A DNA stretch of 64,000 bases, taken from the NCBI RefSeq assembly GCF_036321535.1, contig NC_087436.1, positions 69,876,001-69,940,000 of the forward strand, given 5' to 3'. The stretch's first letter is position 1; each line of letters starts with the position of its first letter. Of the stretch, positions 12,965 to 27,642 are shown in pieces. The notes beneath the pieces are model-generated. The model worked only from the letters and a program-made list of their open reading frames with translations, ran no database searches and was not told the origin of the DNA. The translations under genes were made by a program, and so were the position numbers. Source of the DNA: Camelus dromedarius. Taxonomy: Eukaryota.

Positions 12965-15601
12965 ATGAGTGACAATTCCTTGACTGACTCCTCAAAGTTA
13001 GTATCATTAGTACCAGAGACAATGACTGAATACCTTGATCTTATTCATGGAACTGATATTTCAGAAAATCAGGACATTAAAATTCAAACAGACCTTCAGC
13101 CCCACTCCTTGGACTCAATAATTCCCTCTATTCATTCAATAATTTTTACCAGGAAATCCACAAATGATGACGCTGATTCACCATCCATTGTGGACAGAGA
13201 AATTGTTAACAATTCTAAAATTAAAACAGATGTTCAACCTCTGGATACAACAATGAAAGTCCTTTCACCTAGGCAAATAAGCCTTTTCCCTTCTGAAATA
13301 AGGAAAACAGCCAAGCTCTCTGCTGAGGAAGACACCATTCAATGTAAGTCATATTATAAATGCAACAGTTTTCATTCCAACTTCGGAGAAAACACTTCCC
13401 TCAACCCTGAGCTCAGTTCTCTCTCCAAGAGCAATAATAACAAGGAGGAGGAACTCATTGTTGAAGCAGGCAATTTTGTTTCAGGAGATTCAAGGACATT
13501 AAAAGACAATTCTTTTGTTGGTAAATTTAATATTTCTGCTATACCTCAAGCTCCTCCTAGTTTAAAAAGAATACTTTTGACTGATTCAACCATGTCTCTA
13601 TAAAAGACTTCAGAGTCTAAGGTTAAAAACTCTGCTCTTCCCGGTGAAGATACAGGTTCTACAGGTTTTCTTCATAATGTTCTCACTGGATCCTCTGAGC
13701 TGCTGTGGAAATCAACTCTTTCTCCTTTTGGGTCTACAAATTCTGTGAGTTCATCTAAATATTCTGAACCTGATCCAGTTGTCAAAATGAAAAAAGATCT
13801 TGCAACAAAGACTAATAATATTCCATTTGAGGAAAGAAAGTATCTGTCTCACAAAAACATCATTGCACCTAGTACCAATATTTCAACAAAAGACATGTTG
13901 AACACTATTTTTAATAAAAGATTTAGACAAAGAAATTTTGGGAAAGATATAAACACTGAATATGAAATAGTTCTTATTGCAGAAAACACTTCAGACATTA
14001 CTTTAAATGGTGAAAATATTCCAAATAACAAACATGTAATAAACATTGTGAATGATGACACAGCTCTTAAGTATGTTACAAATGAATACATCCTTCAACC
14101 ACAGGAAAAGAAAAACAATTCCACTATTAAAAAAACTGCTCTCATGTATGGCCCCAAAACGGTTGGGTCCCATCCATTCTACTCCAGTGGTGATGCATAT
14201 AAACATTTATTTCAAGGCGCCCCAACAGAAATCAAAACTAAAGAAATGCTGCAAAATTTGATATCTAGAGAAGAATATATCAGTTCTGACCTTGACGCTA
14301 CTGCTCTCAAAAGTTGCACTGACAATTTGAATTCTAAGGCTCCCAGATCCATGACTTACCCACCAACTCACACAAGTGAGAACTTTCACAAGTTTCTAGA
14401 TAAAACAACTCTGAAAAGGGATACTCTAGGGGAAGATAACACCATCATTATTTTTCCTGAAGACAAAAGGATGGACTATATCCTTGTTCCAGACGTAGGA
14501 ACAACAGTAACCATGGTTGAGGGAAGGATGTTCCAAGATGAACCCATTGCTCCCATGGTGATCACCTCTCCATTAAAAACTAAGAATCAATTCTACAGTA
14601 AAATCACTTCATCTGCTACTTATAACAATGATGCTCAAGGTAAAGCAGTATACATTTTATTACCCAGAGTGGACAATGTTAAAGGCAAAACTAATATGGC
14701 AGAGATGCCACACTCATGGGACAGCATTATCCCTCTGGCTGATTTCAGTGGCATCCCTGATGGTCAACTTTCTTTTATCAGTGAAGACACTGAAAATTTA
14801 AACAACAAAGTTTCAATACCTTCCTCACCTATGAACACAGGCCACACGGTGGGTGATACCAATACTCTTTCCACTGAGAGTAGTTATGACAGAGGTGATT
14901 CCATGCTTCCAGAAGGTAATATTAGGTTTAGAGGATTCCTAGCTCCACAACTCCCAGAAAAGCCCATTTTCATTGCCTCAGCTGCAAATCTTGAAAACTC
15001 TGACCCAGTGACAGATAACTCCTTGGCTAATTCTTCAACTGCATGGTCAAATATGTTTGAGACGATGATTGAATTCCTTAATACTACTAAGGATGGTGAT
15101 GATCCCATTACAAATAAAACTGATCTCAAGCCTTACTCCATCTCAGCTAGAACTCCCATTGGTCCCATTACTTTTGCAGACAATCCCACAAATAATGAGT
15201 TTGATTCACTGCCCTCGATAAGCAGAGAAACTACTGACATTTCTAAAATTAAGACAGATAAAATATATTTTGAACCTCACAGAACAATCATGAAAGCCTT
15301 TTCTCCTATAAAAGTTTCTCAATATAAAGTCTATGGAGAAGAAAAAATAGCTAATTTTTCTGATCAAGAAGATCCAACTACTAAATTTAATTTAAGTCAC
15401 ATTACAAACGCAACTGCTCTCAGTCCAGCTGGGGAGAAAACATTTTCCTTAGCAAATGAGTCTAATACTCTGTCCAAGAATGACAACAATGTGGAAGAGG
15501 AAGTCAATATTTCTGAAGCAGGCAATTCTTTTCCAAAAGATGCAAATATATTGAAAGAGAGTTCTTTCCCTGTTAAATTTGATGCTTGCTACTTCTACTA
15601 A
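12965..15601 (+). pseudogene. Giant exon segment (units 2-3): ORFs 12965-13603 and 13745-15601 share one frame separated by a single TAA
   Basis: Read-through after TAA 13601-13603 gives KTSESKVKNSALPGEDTG...LLWKSTLSP...SSSKYSEPDP, homologous to LPLWKSTPLS...SPSKYYKLDP in the next unit. Confidence 0.75.
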
Positions 15602-18600
15602 ATTTCAAGCACACTCCAATTTAAAAGGAATCTCTTCATTTGGTTCCATATTAACACTTCCAGAAGCATCTGGGTCTAATGATCAAAGCTCTTCTCCTGA
15701 GGTCACTACTGGAGAAGGAACCATTACAAACACTCCTACTGGAACATATAGTCTACCATTATGGAAATCAACCCCTCTTTCTTCTGATTTCACAGCATTC
15801 ACGAGTCCGTCTAAGTATTACAAACTTGATCCAGCTGTCAAAATGAAAAAAGACATCATAACAAAGACTAATACTAATACTTTACCTGGAGAAAGAAATA
15901 CTCCATCTGTCAAAGCCATCATTACCCCAACTACAATTGTTTCATCAAAAGGCATGAAAAACACAATTGATAACAATAAATTTGAAGAAAAGACTTTTAT
16001 AGAGAAAGATACACCCATAGAAGTAGTTCCTTTTACAGAAAGCATTTCAGAAGAGGCACATGACACCCTTTTGGCAGTTCAAAATATTCCAAATAATGAG
16101 GATATAGTAACTATTATACCTGTTGACAGTGCCCTTGAATATGCTGCAGATAACTATATCATTCAACTAGTGAAGGAAGGAAATGGTCTCCTTACAGGAA
16201 AGCCCACACTTACCAATGACTCCAATGTACCTGAGTCTCATGAACCCTATGCCAGCGCTGCAGTCTCCGAACATTTATCCCAAGGATCTCTGATTGATAT
16301 CAAAGCTAACAAAAACCACCAAAAGTTCCCCAAAGAAGAAATTCCTAATTCTGATAATGATCCTACTGTTGTCAAAAGTTCTATTGCCAATTTTAATACT
16401 AAGGCTCCCAGGTCCATGATTTATTCTCTAACTGATTCAAGCTGGACTTTTTCACCTATGCTTCTAGATGAAACAATTATAGAAAATAGTCCTTCAATCA
16501 GTGATAACACCATCATCATTCTCCCTAAAGGCAAAATAATGGAGTATCCGTGTGTTCCAGACCCAGAACTAGTGACAAGAATAGGAGAGAGCAGAGTATT
16601 CACAACTAATTCTATTGATCCTGCAGTGATCACCAATCCTGTAGACTATAAAGACCAGTTCAACAGAAAAGGTGTCTCATCTGTTTTGTATAATAGTGCT
16701 GCATTGGAGGGAGCAAAAACCACCATATCATTCAGATTTGATGCAAATAAACATAAATCAAACTTGGCAGATATGCCCCATTCACAGAACAATATTTCTC
16801 TGGCTGAATTCAGTGTCGTTCCTGATGATGATCTCCCATTCATCAATAAAAATACTGATGAAGCAAACAACAGAGCTTCAATCTATTCCTCAACTACGAA
16901 TAAGGAGGCCAGCACTGTGGCAGACTCCATTGTTCTTTCCACTGAAGGTACTTACAGAGGAGGTGATTCTCTGTTACCTGGAGAAGGTAATGTTAAGTCT
17001 AGAAGATTCTCATCTCTACTAATATCTGCCATGTTTATTCCTAATTCCTTAAATGAAAATACTGAAACTTCTGGACAAATGACAGATAACTCCTTGTCTG
17101 AATCTGTAACACCTAGGTTAGAAATGTTAGAGAGAGAAACTGAATATGCTGATGCCATTAATGAAGGGGATATTCCAGAGAGGCAGGGCATAGAAATGCC
17201 AGCTCACATTCATTCCTATCCATTGGCCTGGAATGGTCTTCTAACTGAACCACCTATTTTTTCAGATATGTCCACAGACGGTGAAATTGATTCACTTTTC
17301 TCTCTGAATAGAGATATTCCTGAAAATTATAAAACTAAGGCTGACAAAAAATTTTCCAAGTCTCAAAGGGCAATGATGAAAGCCTTTTCCGCCCTAAAAG
17401 ACTCTCAAAACAGTGTCCGTGAGAGAAGGGAAATAGCTAATCTCTTTGATCAAGAAAATCCAGCTGCTGAATCTGAATTAAGTCACTTTATAAATGCAAC
17501 AGCTCTCATCCCAGCTGTGGGGAAACTCCTTTCATCAGCAACTGAGCCCAATCCTATCTCCAAGAGCAACAACAATGTGGATAATTCTTCCCTTGTTAAC
17601 GTCTACACTACTTCCTTCAAAGTTCAAACACCTCCTAATTTTAAAAAAATCTTTTTAGCCGTTTCTCTTCCAGAAGCATCTAGGCCTGCCTCTCATGATA
17701 AAGTTACTAACACAGAAGGATCCATCACAAACACTCCAGCTGAATTAGGTGGCCTACAATATGGGTCAACTTTTCCTGCTTCTTTTGCAACATCCCTAGG
17801 AACGTCCAAATATTCTGAACTTGTTCCTGTTCTTACTATGGGAGAAGACACCACAAGAATGACTGATTATAGCATTACACCTGATGAAATAATTTTTCCA
17901 CCTAATAAAGTTATCATTTTGCCTAATACCATTACCTCTGAAAAAGATACAGCCAGTACTTTTAAAGGGAATATATTTAAGAACAAAGAGTTTATAGACA
18001 GAAATTCAGCTGCTGAATATGAAATCATTTATTTAACAGAAGACATTTCAGAAAGGGTCGTTTTAGCTGCAGGCAAAATCACTCCAGCATACGTGGACTA
18101 TATAAAAATTATGCCTAATGATGGTGGTTCTGAGTATGTCCCAGATAAGCATGCCTTTGAATTCGAGGATAAAGCAAAAAATCCCCTTATAAAAACAAGT
18201 ACATTCATATATGCCCCTGAGACACATGCGTCTCATGCACCATATACCACAGTTGCTGCTTTAAACCATCTGTCTAAAGCGGCATCCCCAGAGTTCAAAG
18301 CTAAAGAAAGTTACCAGGCTGTGATCCCTAGACAGGAAAACAAGAACTTTGACACTGTTGTCATTGCTATCAAAGATTCAAATGACAATGTCAATACCAA
18401 CAGACCCACAGCTCATTTCCTAATTGATGCAAGTAAAAGTTTTTCTTCTAGTTTTTCTGACAAAACATCTGTGGGGAAAAGCACTATAAATGGTGATGGT
18501 GATACCATAATTCTCTCTGAAGGCTTTAACTTAGGGAATAAAATAATTGATTATTCCCTTTTTCCAGACACAAAACTGGTAGTTGAGAACAGGACATTCA

Positions 18601-18746
18601 CAACTGGTACTAATAACACTTTAAAAAACAGTGATCATTTCTTCAGGAAAAACATATCCCCTACCATTTTTAAGACAGTTACACCCAGGAGAGTAGACAC
18701 TACCACATCCAGAGTATCTGATTTTACTGAAGGTGAACAGGTATAG
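15579..18746 (+). pseudogene. Giant exon segment, 1055-codon ORF (units 4-5)
   Basis: Long ORF with clear similarity to the preceding ORFs; frameshift at about 18735 into 18749-18952. Confidence 0.75.
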
Positions 18747-21700
18747 CTGTGGTATCTGATTCAAGGTTTAATAAGTTTCTTTTAGCTCAGCATTCCAGTA
18801 GTGACATCTCCAGTGTGAATGAAAACACAAAAGGTACAATCAACACAGCTCTTACTTTCTTTTATCCTTTGAAAAAGATATCCACCAATATGCCAAATGC
18901 TCCTGCTATCTCTACTAGTGACCAAAAAAAAAAAAAAAATTGGCCATTATAGATTTCCATCATCAGAGAGTGTCATGTCTCTAAGACTTACATCTGAGGA
19001 ATTACTGAAACTCTCATCCTAACTTCTAATGCTCCTACTATAGAAACTGCAGCCCTCAAGACTTGTAAGTTGTAAATTTATATTACCCACAGTGCTAATA
19101 TCAGAGGCATTAGACCCTGCGTCTGCAGACTCGGCTTACTTTAATGAAGGCACTATCTCAGAAGGGCAAAATATGAAAAGTCAAATGGTCCAGAAGGTTC
19201 TCCCCTTGGTCTACATTGTTCTCCAAGCTGATTCCACTGGTTCTATAGATGACATGGCAGATGTCACACCTCAGACATCTGCTACTATTGTTGCCAAGGA
19301 CAAAATTTTTTATATTGATGAGTTTGGTGATCAAAATTCAGAATTCAAAGGAGTAACCACCACCAAGTTTTTTATGCCTTTGCCTTAATGACTGTAGTAA
19401 ACCAAATTTCTGTTATGTGAAGGAAATAACCAAAGCCACTGCAATGAAAGACATGGCTACAGAATTTGAAGTAAATCACCTTATAGATGTAAATATAATA
19501 AAAGAAAATGACCCAAGTATCCAGATGGGATCTAAAAGATGTTGACATAAAGCCTTATCTTGTGAATAAAGATGTCATTACTGATAATAAATCAGTCAAT
19601 AAGGATTATGACAGAGCTCCTGTAGCAGCCTACTCAAGCTTTCACATACCCAAGGCTTCCCTCTCAGGTGGATCTGTTCCTCAGGGAACCCATTTCATGG
19701 CTGGGAACTCAAACTTGCTCACAGAAGTAATTACCATTATTCCTACTGGTGAAAAATCTACATCTAACATGGAGACCGTTTCCTTGGTAAAAGGAAATTC
19801 TTAGTTGAAATTTAATATAGCCAATCTCAGAGCAACAAGACACTGAATTTCAAACTTCAGAAAGCACAAATGCTACATCTGAATCCATTGTTGAAATAGA
19901 AAAAAATTACCTAAATTAGGAGCAATTTCTATTGCACTACAGGCTAACAAGAGGTTGAAGTAGATACTTTCTTTAGGACTGATATCCCTTGGCCACAGAT
20001 AGAAACAATTACCCCAAAGGACACCGTTGAAGAACCTGCAAACAACAAAGCAAATATGAGAGTCACAACTGCTCCTAATGGAAATATCATCTTCCTTGAA
20101 AACAAAGAAACAGTAACCCCACAGGCCAACACATCCTTCAATTACAATTTCCTTACTCAAGCACCTAACACTCCAATCAATGGAGGGGAAGAGAACAAAA
20201 TGTGGACATTGACATAATCAAATCTCTAAATGCAATTGCTCCTCTCACTTCCTTTACTGTTTCTGAAGGTGAGAATTCTTTTGTGAATGAAGATATTGAA
20301 TCTGAAACTTCTTCAGTAACTGCATTTTAATAATGATTATAACTTCAATTAAGGTTAAGAACTCTATTTTCTCCAATAAATTTATAAAATCTGAAGATAT
20401 TTCTAAAATGGGAATTCTGGAAGACATAAAATAGGAGACATCATTTGTCTCAGTTGATTCTTTTAAACTTGCACATGACACTTCTAATAAATCTCAAGAT
20501 ATTCTCAATATAAAGAAAGTCTGAATGGTAGACACCACAATGACATCAGCATTTTAAAGTCTATATGTGAGGATTTTTCCTAGTCATGTATTCCTAAAAA
20601 TCATAAATGTGCCAAATGACTTTGCTGAGGGCTTACTGCAAAATCTCCCCCTCTTGTTGGCAGCTTTCACTTTTCATGAAAGAAAGAGAGAGAAAAAGGG
20701 AGAAAGAAAGAAAGCAAGATTTGTGTCACGGACTTAAAAAACTTGCCACCTAAAAGGAGGCATAATTACCAAGCCAAACATCTCAAAATTTAAAGCAAAT
20801 AAAAAATAAAAATGTTACCCAACCAAACTTGCTACAGCTGCCAAAATAAGGAAGATATATACCCTGACCTGTCGATAGATAATAAATTGATACTTCTCTG
20901 AGAAAAGATAAATGTTCACATTAGTGTGATAGACACTAAAACAATGGGGGAAAACACTCTTCATACAAAATGAAATTTATTTATACAATCTGATTCCCTG
21001 TCTTTAAGTCAGATAAATCTTTGATAGTAATGGTCTATTGGTCAAGTAAGAGTATACTATATTCCCTACAGCAGATGACTCCAGTTCCATCCTCAAGACT
21101 GCTAAAATCCAGCAGTCCTACCAGGATTTTCTCCATATGCTTCCTGCACTTTGATGGATGACACACACTCTCACTCTGGTGCCCTTTTTTGAGGTCAATA
21201 GTGCAAAAAACACATATAATCATAAAGTTATTCTCCATAGGAGAGAAAAGACTTATTATGCTACTACAATCAATGTGATTCTACCTCACAGCCATATTAG
21301 AAGTAGAGTTGATGTGACCACAGAAGTAATCTTTGAAATTAATTTGACAATTATTATCTATGAAGGTGACATCATCATTTTACCTGACATTTCTAACTGG
21401 GGATTCAGTGCTCATAAAAATGAATATTTTGCTCCTTGTTTTCACTCTATTCAACATTACAAATAACAAGTATTCCAAGATAACTTCTAGCGGTTATACA
21501 CCTAACTTCCATATTTCTCCCTTTTCATGCACACACACAAAAAAATCCCCCCCTAAAAATACCAAGTCTTCTGTTTATAGCATGCTTTATCCTGAATTAA
21601 GCTTCATAAACACCAAATGACGAGACAGAAAAAAGCAGAGGTTAAAAACTTCCCATTAAGATATCCAACACAAAGAAATTGCATTACCCTGTGATTTTCT

Positions 21701-23099
21701 TTACTACCACTGGAACTGAGAGTATTTCTACTTAGAAATTAAAAAAAAAAAAAAAAAAAAACCTGTGCCAGTCATTAACTTGAGACTTCCTTCCCTGTGC
21801 CGGATAATGACAGCACTCCCTATATTAAAAAGACATTTGAGCCCTCAATAGTGACATCCACTTGAAGCAAAAACGTATCTTTAAAATGAAAAATGTCCAT
21901 CTTAAAACTTATCCGATATTTCTAGAGTGATGATATATCTATTCCAGACCAATCAACTAAGAAAAAACATTGTTAACTTTGAGGTTAGCTTGAGTCCAGA
22001 TCTAATTAAGAAGAAGCATTTGCCCTTGAGGTAGAAACTGCTACTCTGCTGCTGCGGCCCTTTTTCAGATTTAGCTGTGTCTGAGTCTGAAAATTCTCTT
22101 TCTTCTAACGACACTGGGAAAAGATTAACAACAAACTGCAATCCCTTTTCATCCAATTAGCTAAAGCTTGAGGATGATAACAAAGTAAAATGACTGTTAA
22201 AACTAACATCATTATAGAAAATAATCCGTCTAAAATTGAGCATTAATTCTTAAGTCTAATACAATTATTCCACAAGCTGGTTTTGCCTCTGGGTTAATTC
22301 TGATATATAATGTCAAACCCCTGCCAAAAATTTTGGGGGTGTTAAAATAACAGGTCTCTACAGAAAAACATTCCTAAAAAAAAAAATTAAACCTACAAAA
22401 CCTGACAATCTCACTGTTACTCAAGTTAATTCAAGAAAAAGTAAGAATTATCATGAAGGAGAAAACTGCCAAGACTCTAACAAGCCAGTAACTTACTTTT
22501 TATTGTCCCTACTGAAAAAGTGAGAATTCCCTCTCTGAAGAACAGAACTGAAGTCTCTGCTACCTAATTACTTTCTGCAGCTACATTCACTGTCAAAATG
22601 CCATTAATTTGTTTTAGACATTTAAGTAGCGTGAATCTCAAGAGAGGACGCTTCATCTCGAAAAAACTCTGTTACTTACTTGAGACGCAGGCAACCTGAA
22701 GCTGATGCTGATAATCTGTGGCTCCTGGAGTTTCTCGTGTTGACACTAAACCCACAAAGTACCTGACAGACTCTGCTATGTCTGTTTCAAGTGACACTAG
22801 CTACATTTTGGAAGGCACATCCCTTATTAAAAGACACATGGTAAATCGCAAATTCCTTGCAATTGAAATATTCATCTGTGAATGTTGATTTCATAATCAG
22901 AGAGGACTGTATAGTCTTTTCATCTAATATCAATACTCGTAACTGGGGCAGAGCACAGAAACAACCTCAGGGAGAGCCAGTGCTGTCAGCCCTGTGGTTG
23001 ATGCAACAATCACCATGATGACCCATGCTTCAGTCACTATAATGAACACCACCACTCTCCTGCCTAGGGATACCACTGGGCCCAGGGAAAGACCTCTGA

Positions 23100-24287
<1,188 letters not shown>

Positions 24288-25047
24288 AAGCAACAAAAGA
24301 AATGCCACACAGAACTGTGCAATAGTCTAAACAGCTAGTTTTAACATCTAAGAAGTTTGTCTACCAAGCAAAAATCTTAATAAATGAAAGAATATGAGCA
24401 TTCAAGGCAAGTATGAAATTTAGAAAACACAGATGTTTTAAGAATAGTGGTAATGCAGGAGAATGTATTTATGGAAAGTTCAAAAACTCAGCAATACAAG
24501 AGTTTGCCTACTATCACAAAGTTTAATTGGGTTATCCAATAATTACTTGTTTTAATATAAAATCTTTAACAGCAGCCTTCAGGGATATTAAGAGAGAGAA
24601 AATAAATAAGGCTCACCCCTGCTGTATTTAATCTATATGTCATTTTAGTTAATCCTTAAAAGCATATTTCATTGTGAATTAAAGAGATGAAGAGAATCAA
24701 ATTAACAATATATCTCAAAAATAATTGTTTTAATATTAAAAGACCTTAAATGCTTATTATAAACAGATATTTTATTAGTATGCAACCAATGATTCTCTTC
24801 TATTAAAAAATAAATTTACAGTCCTCACTCAGAAAAATTAGAGCTCATTAGTAATTGTTTAGTATCCATATATAAGAAATACAAGAACTATTACAGGTTT
24901 CCTGACTCATGTTGAATGCAAACTAAGGCAAAATGATATTTTACAAATGTATGCATCTGTCAAAAACAATATTGTATATAAACATATGAATTAATTTAAT
25001 TTTATTTCTTTAAAATTTCCTTCCTGAATTTTGTCAATTTTTTTCAG

Positions 25048-25195
25048 GTCTTAAGCAGATACTGCACTCTTCTTATGCTTTTGGTTAGTAATTCAAGGAC
25101 ATATGTCTTCATTCTTTTTGGACAGACTTTTAAAATGGGTCTGTTTTCACTTTGCTGATTTTTCTTCAATAAATCTTTCTGACAGCAATCAATTT
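25048..25195 (+). other. CABS1: Probable 3'-UTR exon of CABS1 with polyadenylation signal (AATAAA 25168-25173)
   Basis: Strong acceptor tttttttcag| at 25047/25048, AATAAA followed by a GT-rich downstream element; candidate donors near 24407-24411. Confidence 0.5.
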
Positions 25196-25904
25196 ACTGT
25201 GTGTAAATGTGATTGATATTCTAGCACAGAATTCTCAAATTAGGAGAGATATAAGTAAAATGAAAACCTATTGTTTGTTTAAAGAATAACTTAGCTCTAG
25301 ACACCAAAAATAGAATTATTCTATAAATACTTATAATTTTATTATATTAGAAAAAAGAAAAACAAAGCCAAGACGTTGGTTGAATAGTAAATGGTACATA
25401 CGTGGGAGGCAGATAGGGAGAAATAGGGCTTAACACCATTAGATAGGCTATAAACTAGAATAATATTAAACAAATATATGTCTAACCATAGATTGTGTTG
25501 GGTACACAGACAAAAATAATAAGAGATTATAGCTGCAAGACTTCACACAAATTTAAGTCCAGGGAAGTAGTGCCTGAGAAAATGAGATTTAAGCTAAAGA
25601 CTGAAAAATGTGGAGAGTTGGAGACACAACATGCCCAAAGTCCTGAGGCTAGAAATGGCCTCAACTTTTTCAAGCAAATGAACAGATCATGTGGTTGGAA
25701 CATGTAATCAGTTGGAATATGACATAAATTGAAACTGGAAAAGTAGACAGGAGGCAAATCATGTAGTGTTTGGTTGAACATTCTGGATTTTATTCAGAAC
25801 ATATTTGAAAGCTATTAAAGGTTTTAATCATTTTATCTTCAAATCAACCTTAGGACTGAAATAGGCAGCAAGCTGAAAAGCATCATTATTTTATAAACTG
25901 TAAC

Positions 25905-26254
25905 TATAGTTCCTTCCAGGGACTTTGCTTAGGAGAGAGAATCTTTCCTTGCTTCTTCCTAGCTTCTGGTGGTTGCTGGCAGTCGTTGACATTCATTGGC
26001 TTGTAGACATTATCACTGCCATCTTGGCCTCCTTCATCACATGATGTTCTCTTTGTGTGTCTCTGTGCCCAAATTTCTCCTCCTTATAGGGACACCAGTC
26101 ATTGGATTAACCCCTTAATTCAGCATGACCTCATCTTAACTTGGTTACATCTGCAAAGATCTCATATCTGAATAAGGTCACATTCACAGGTTCTATGAGT
26201 TAGGACTCCAACTTATTTGGGAGTAGGAGGAAAGACACATTTCAACCCATAACA
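25905..26254 (-). mobile_element. MLT1 (MaLR) LTR fragment
   Basis: Typical motifs CTTCCTAGCTTCTGGTGGTTGCTGGC, GGACACCAGTCATTGGATTA, AATAAGGTCACATTCACAGG and TTCAACCCATAACA. Confidence 0.7.
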
Positions 26255-26830
26255 CCTTCTTGTTTAATGTTTGTCTTCCCTACTAGATTAATGCTTGATA
26301 ATTAAGAAGGTCACATAATTTATCATCAAAACCAGAACACTTTTGAGACTGAAAGAGTACACTATTAATAATGACTCCAAACAACAGGCATAAACTAGGG
26401 CATCCTGAGTAAACAGTGCTCATCACCCCATCCTAAGGGAAGCAATCATATCCCCCTTGTCCACTGCTCAATTATGAGAGCTTTGAACACAGCAGATGCT
26501 CAACAAACATCTGCTACATGAATGAATTAAATGAAACAGTGAATGATGATTTCATTTATTAAGCTATAGGTGCTCTCAGAGGAAGGATGGCTATAAAGTG
26601 GATACTTAGAGACGAATGTGAGTTTACCAGGACAAAAAGGATATCACTGGTTTCAAGCTGAGGGAGGGGCAAGGGCAAAGACAGAAGCATAAAAGAACTT
26701 GGCGTGCTCAATAATACTGAAGAAAGGCTGGAGCAGCATGGATCTGAGAGAGAATGGTAACAGATATACTAAATTGTAAGTGATATTACAGCCCTTACAA
26801 AAGGAAAGATAACCAAACTGTGTGAGACTG

Positions 26831-27369
26831 TGTAAGTCAGTTAGGGTTCTCCAGAGAAACAGAACCAATCATGATATAGATGATTAGATAGATAGACAGA
26901 CAGACAGACAGATAGATAGATAGATAGATAGAAAGATAGATAGATAGATAGGGATATGGAGAGATTTATTTGAAGAAATTGGCATACGTAATTGTGGAGA
27001 CTGGCAAGTTCGGAATCCATGGCACAGACTGGTAGGCTGGAAATTCAATTAATAGTTGATATTGCAGTTTTGAGTCCAAAATCCACAGGACAAATCAGCA
27101 GGCTAGAAACTCAGGCAGAGTTTCTATGTTTCAGTCTCAAGGCAGAATTTCTCCTTTTAAGAAACTTCAGTCTTTGCTCTTAAGGCCTTCAGTTAATTAG
27201 ATGAGGCTCATTCACATTATGAAAGGTAATCTGCTTTACCTAAAGCCAGCTGATTGTAAATGTTAATCAGATCTATTAAGTGCCTTCACAGCAACATCTA
27301 GACTAGTGCTTGACCAAACAACTAGGCACCATAACCTAGTCAAGTTAACACATAAAATTAAACATCACA
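26831..27369 (-). mobile_element. MLT2-like solo LTR with GATA/GACA microsatellite (about 26886-26950)
   Basis: Reverse complement of MLT2 termini (TTAGGGTTCTCCAGAGAAACAGAACCAAT ... AACACATAAAATTAAACATCACA); related to 769-1328 in the opposite orientation. Confidence 0.75.
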
Positions 27370-27642
27370 CTATGTGTATAGCAACTTACGGTTAGAATTT
27401 CACATAACTAACAGCTCATATTTCCTGAGCTAATTTTACCAGAATTAATACGATTTTTTCTCAGAGCTAAAAAGATTTTCACAATAAAATGCACTGACTG
27501 ATGATGTTGGGGTGAATTTTCTGGAGTCTTTAAATGAGAATATGTACATTAAGTGTTCATGGAGCTATATTTTCACAGAGCTCCAGTAAATATCTCTAGG
27601 AACTAATGCTCTGTGTAACATGGTTTGAGAAGTGGTGATGTG

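Larger units (their letters stand above)
4890..18952 (+). pseudogene. Disrupted giant SCPP-type secreted Ser/Thr-rich (mucin-like) gene, about 4,500 aa when reconstructed
   Basis: Signal exon 4890-4943 plus acceptor at 5488. The + strand ORFs 5488-5790, 5738-6001, 6063-8132, 8123-9490, 9310-12600, 12619-12849, 12965-13603, 13745-15601, 15579-18746 and 18749-18952 abut or overlap and share composition and internal repeats; they are joined by about 7 frameshifts and 4 in-frame stops. Confidence 0.8.
9500..19400 (+). repeat. Five diverged internal repeats of about 2.0 kb (about 675 aa); outer boundaries approximate
   Basis: Marker MGESRTF/VGESRMF/MVEGRMF/IGESRVF/VVENRTF at 10471, 12487, 14513, 16581 and 18579 (spacings 2016, 2026, 2068, 1998 nt), plus other co-linear motifs. 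Confidence 0.85.

Noticed and set aside
6063..18746. Treating the long ORFs as separate genes or as separately spliced exons
   Set aside because: They overlap or abut, the repeat alignment runs straight through the junctions and stops, and there is no room for introns.
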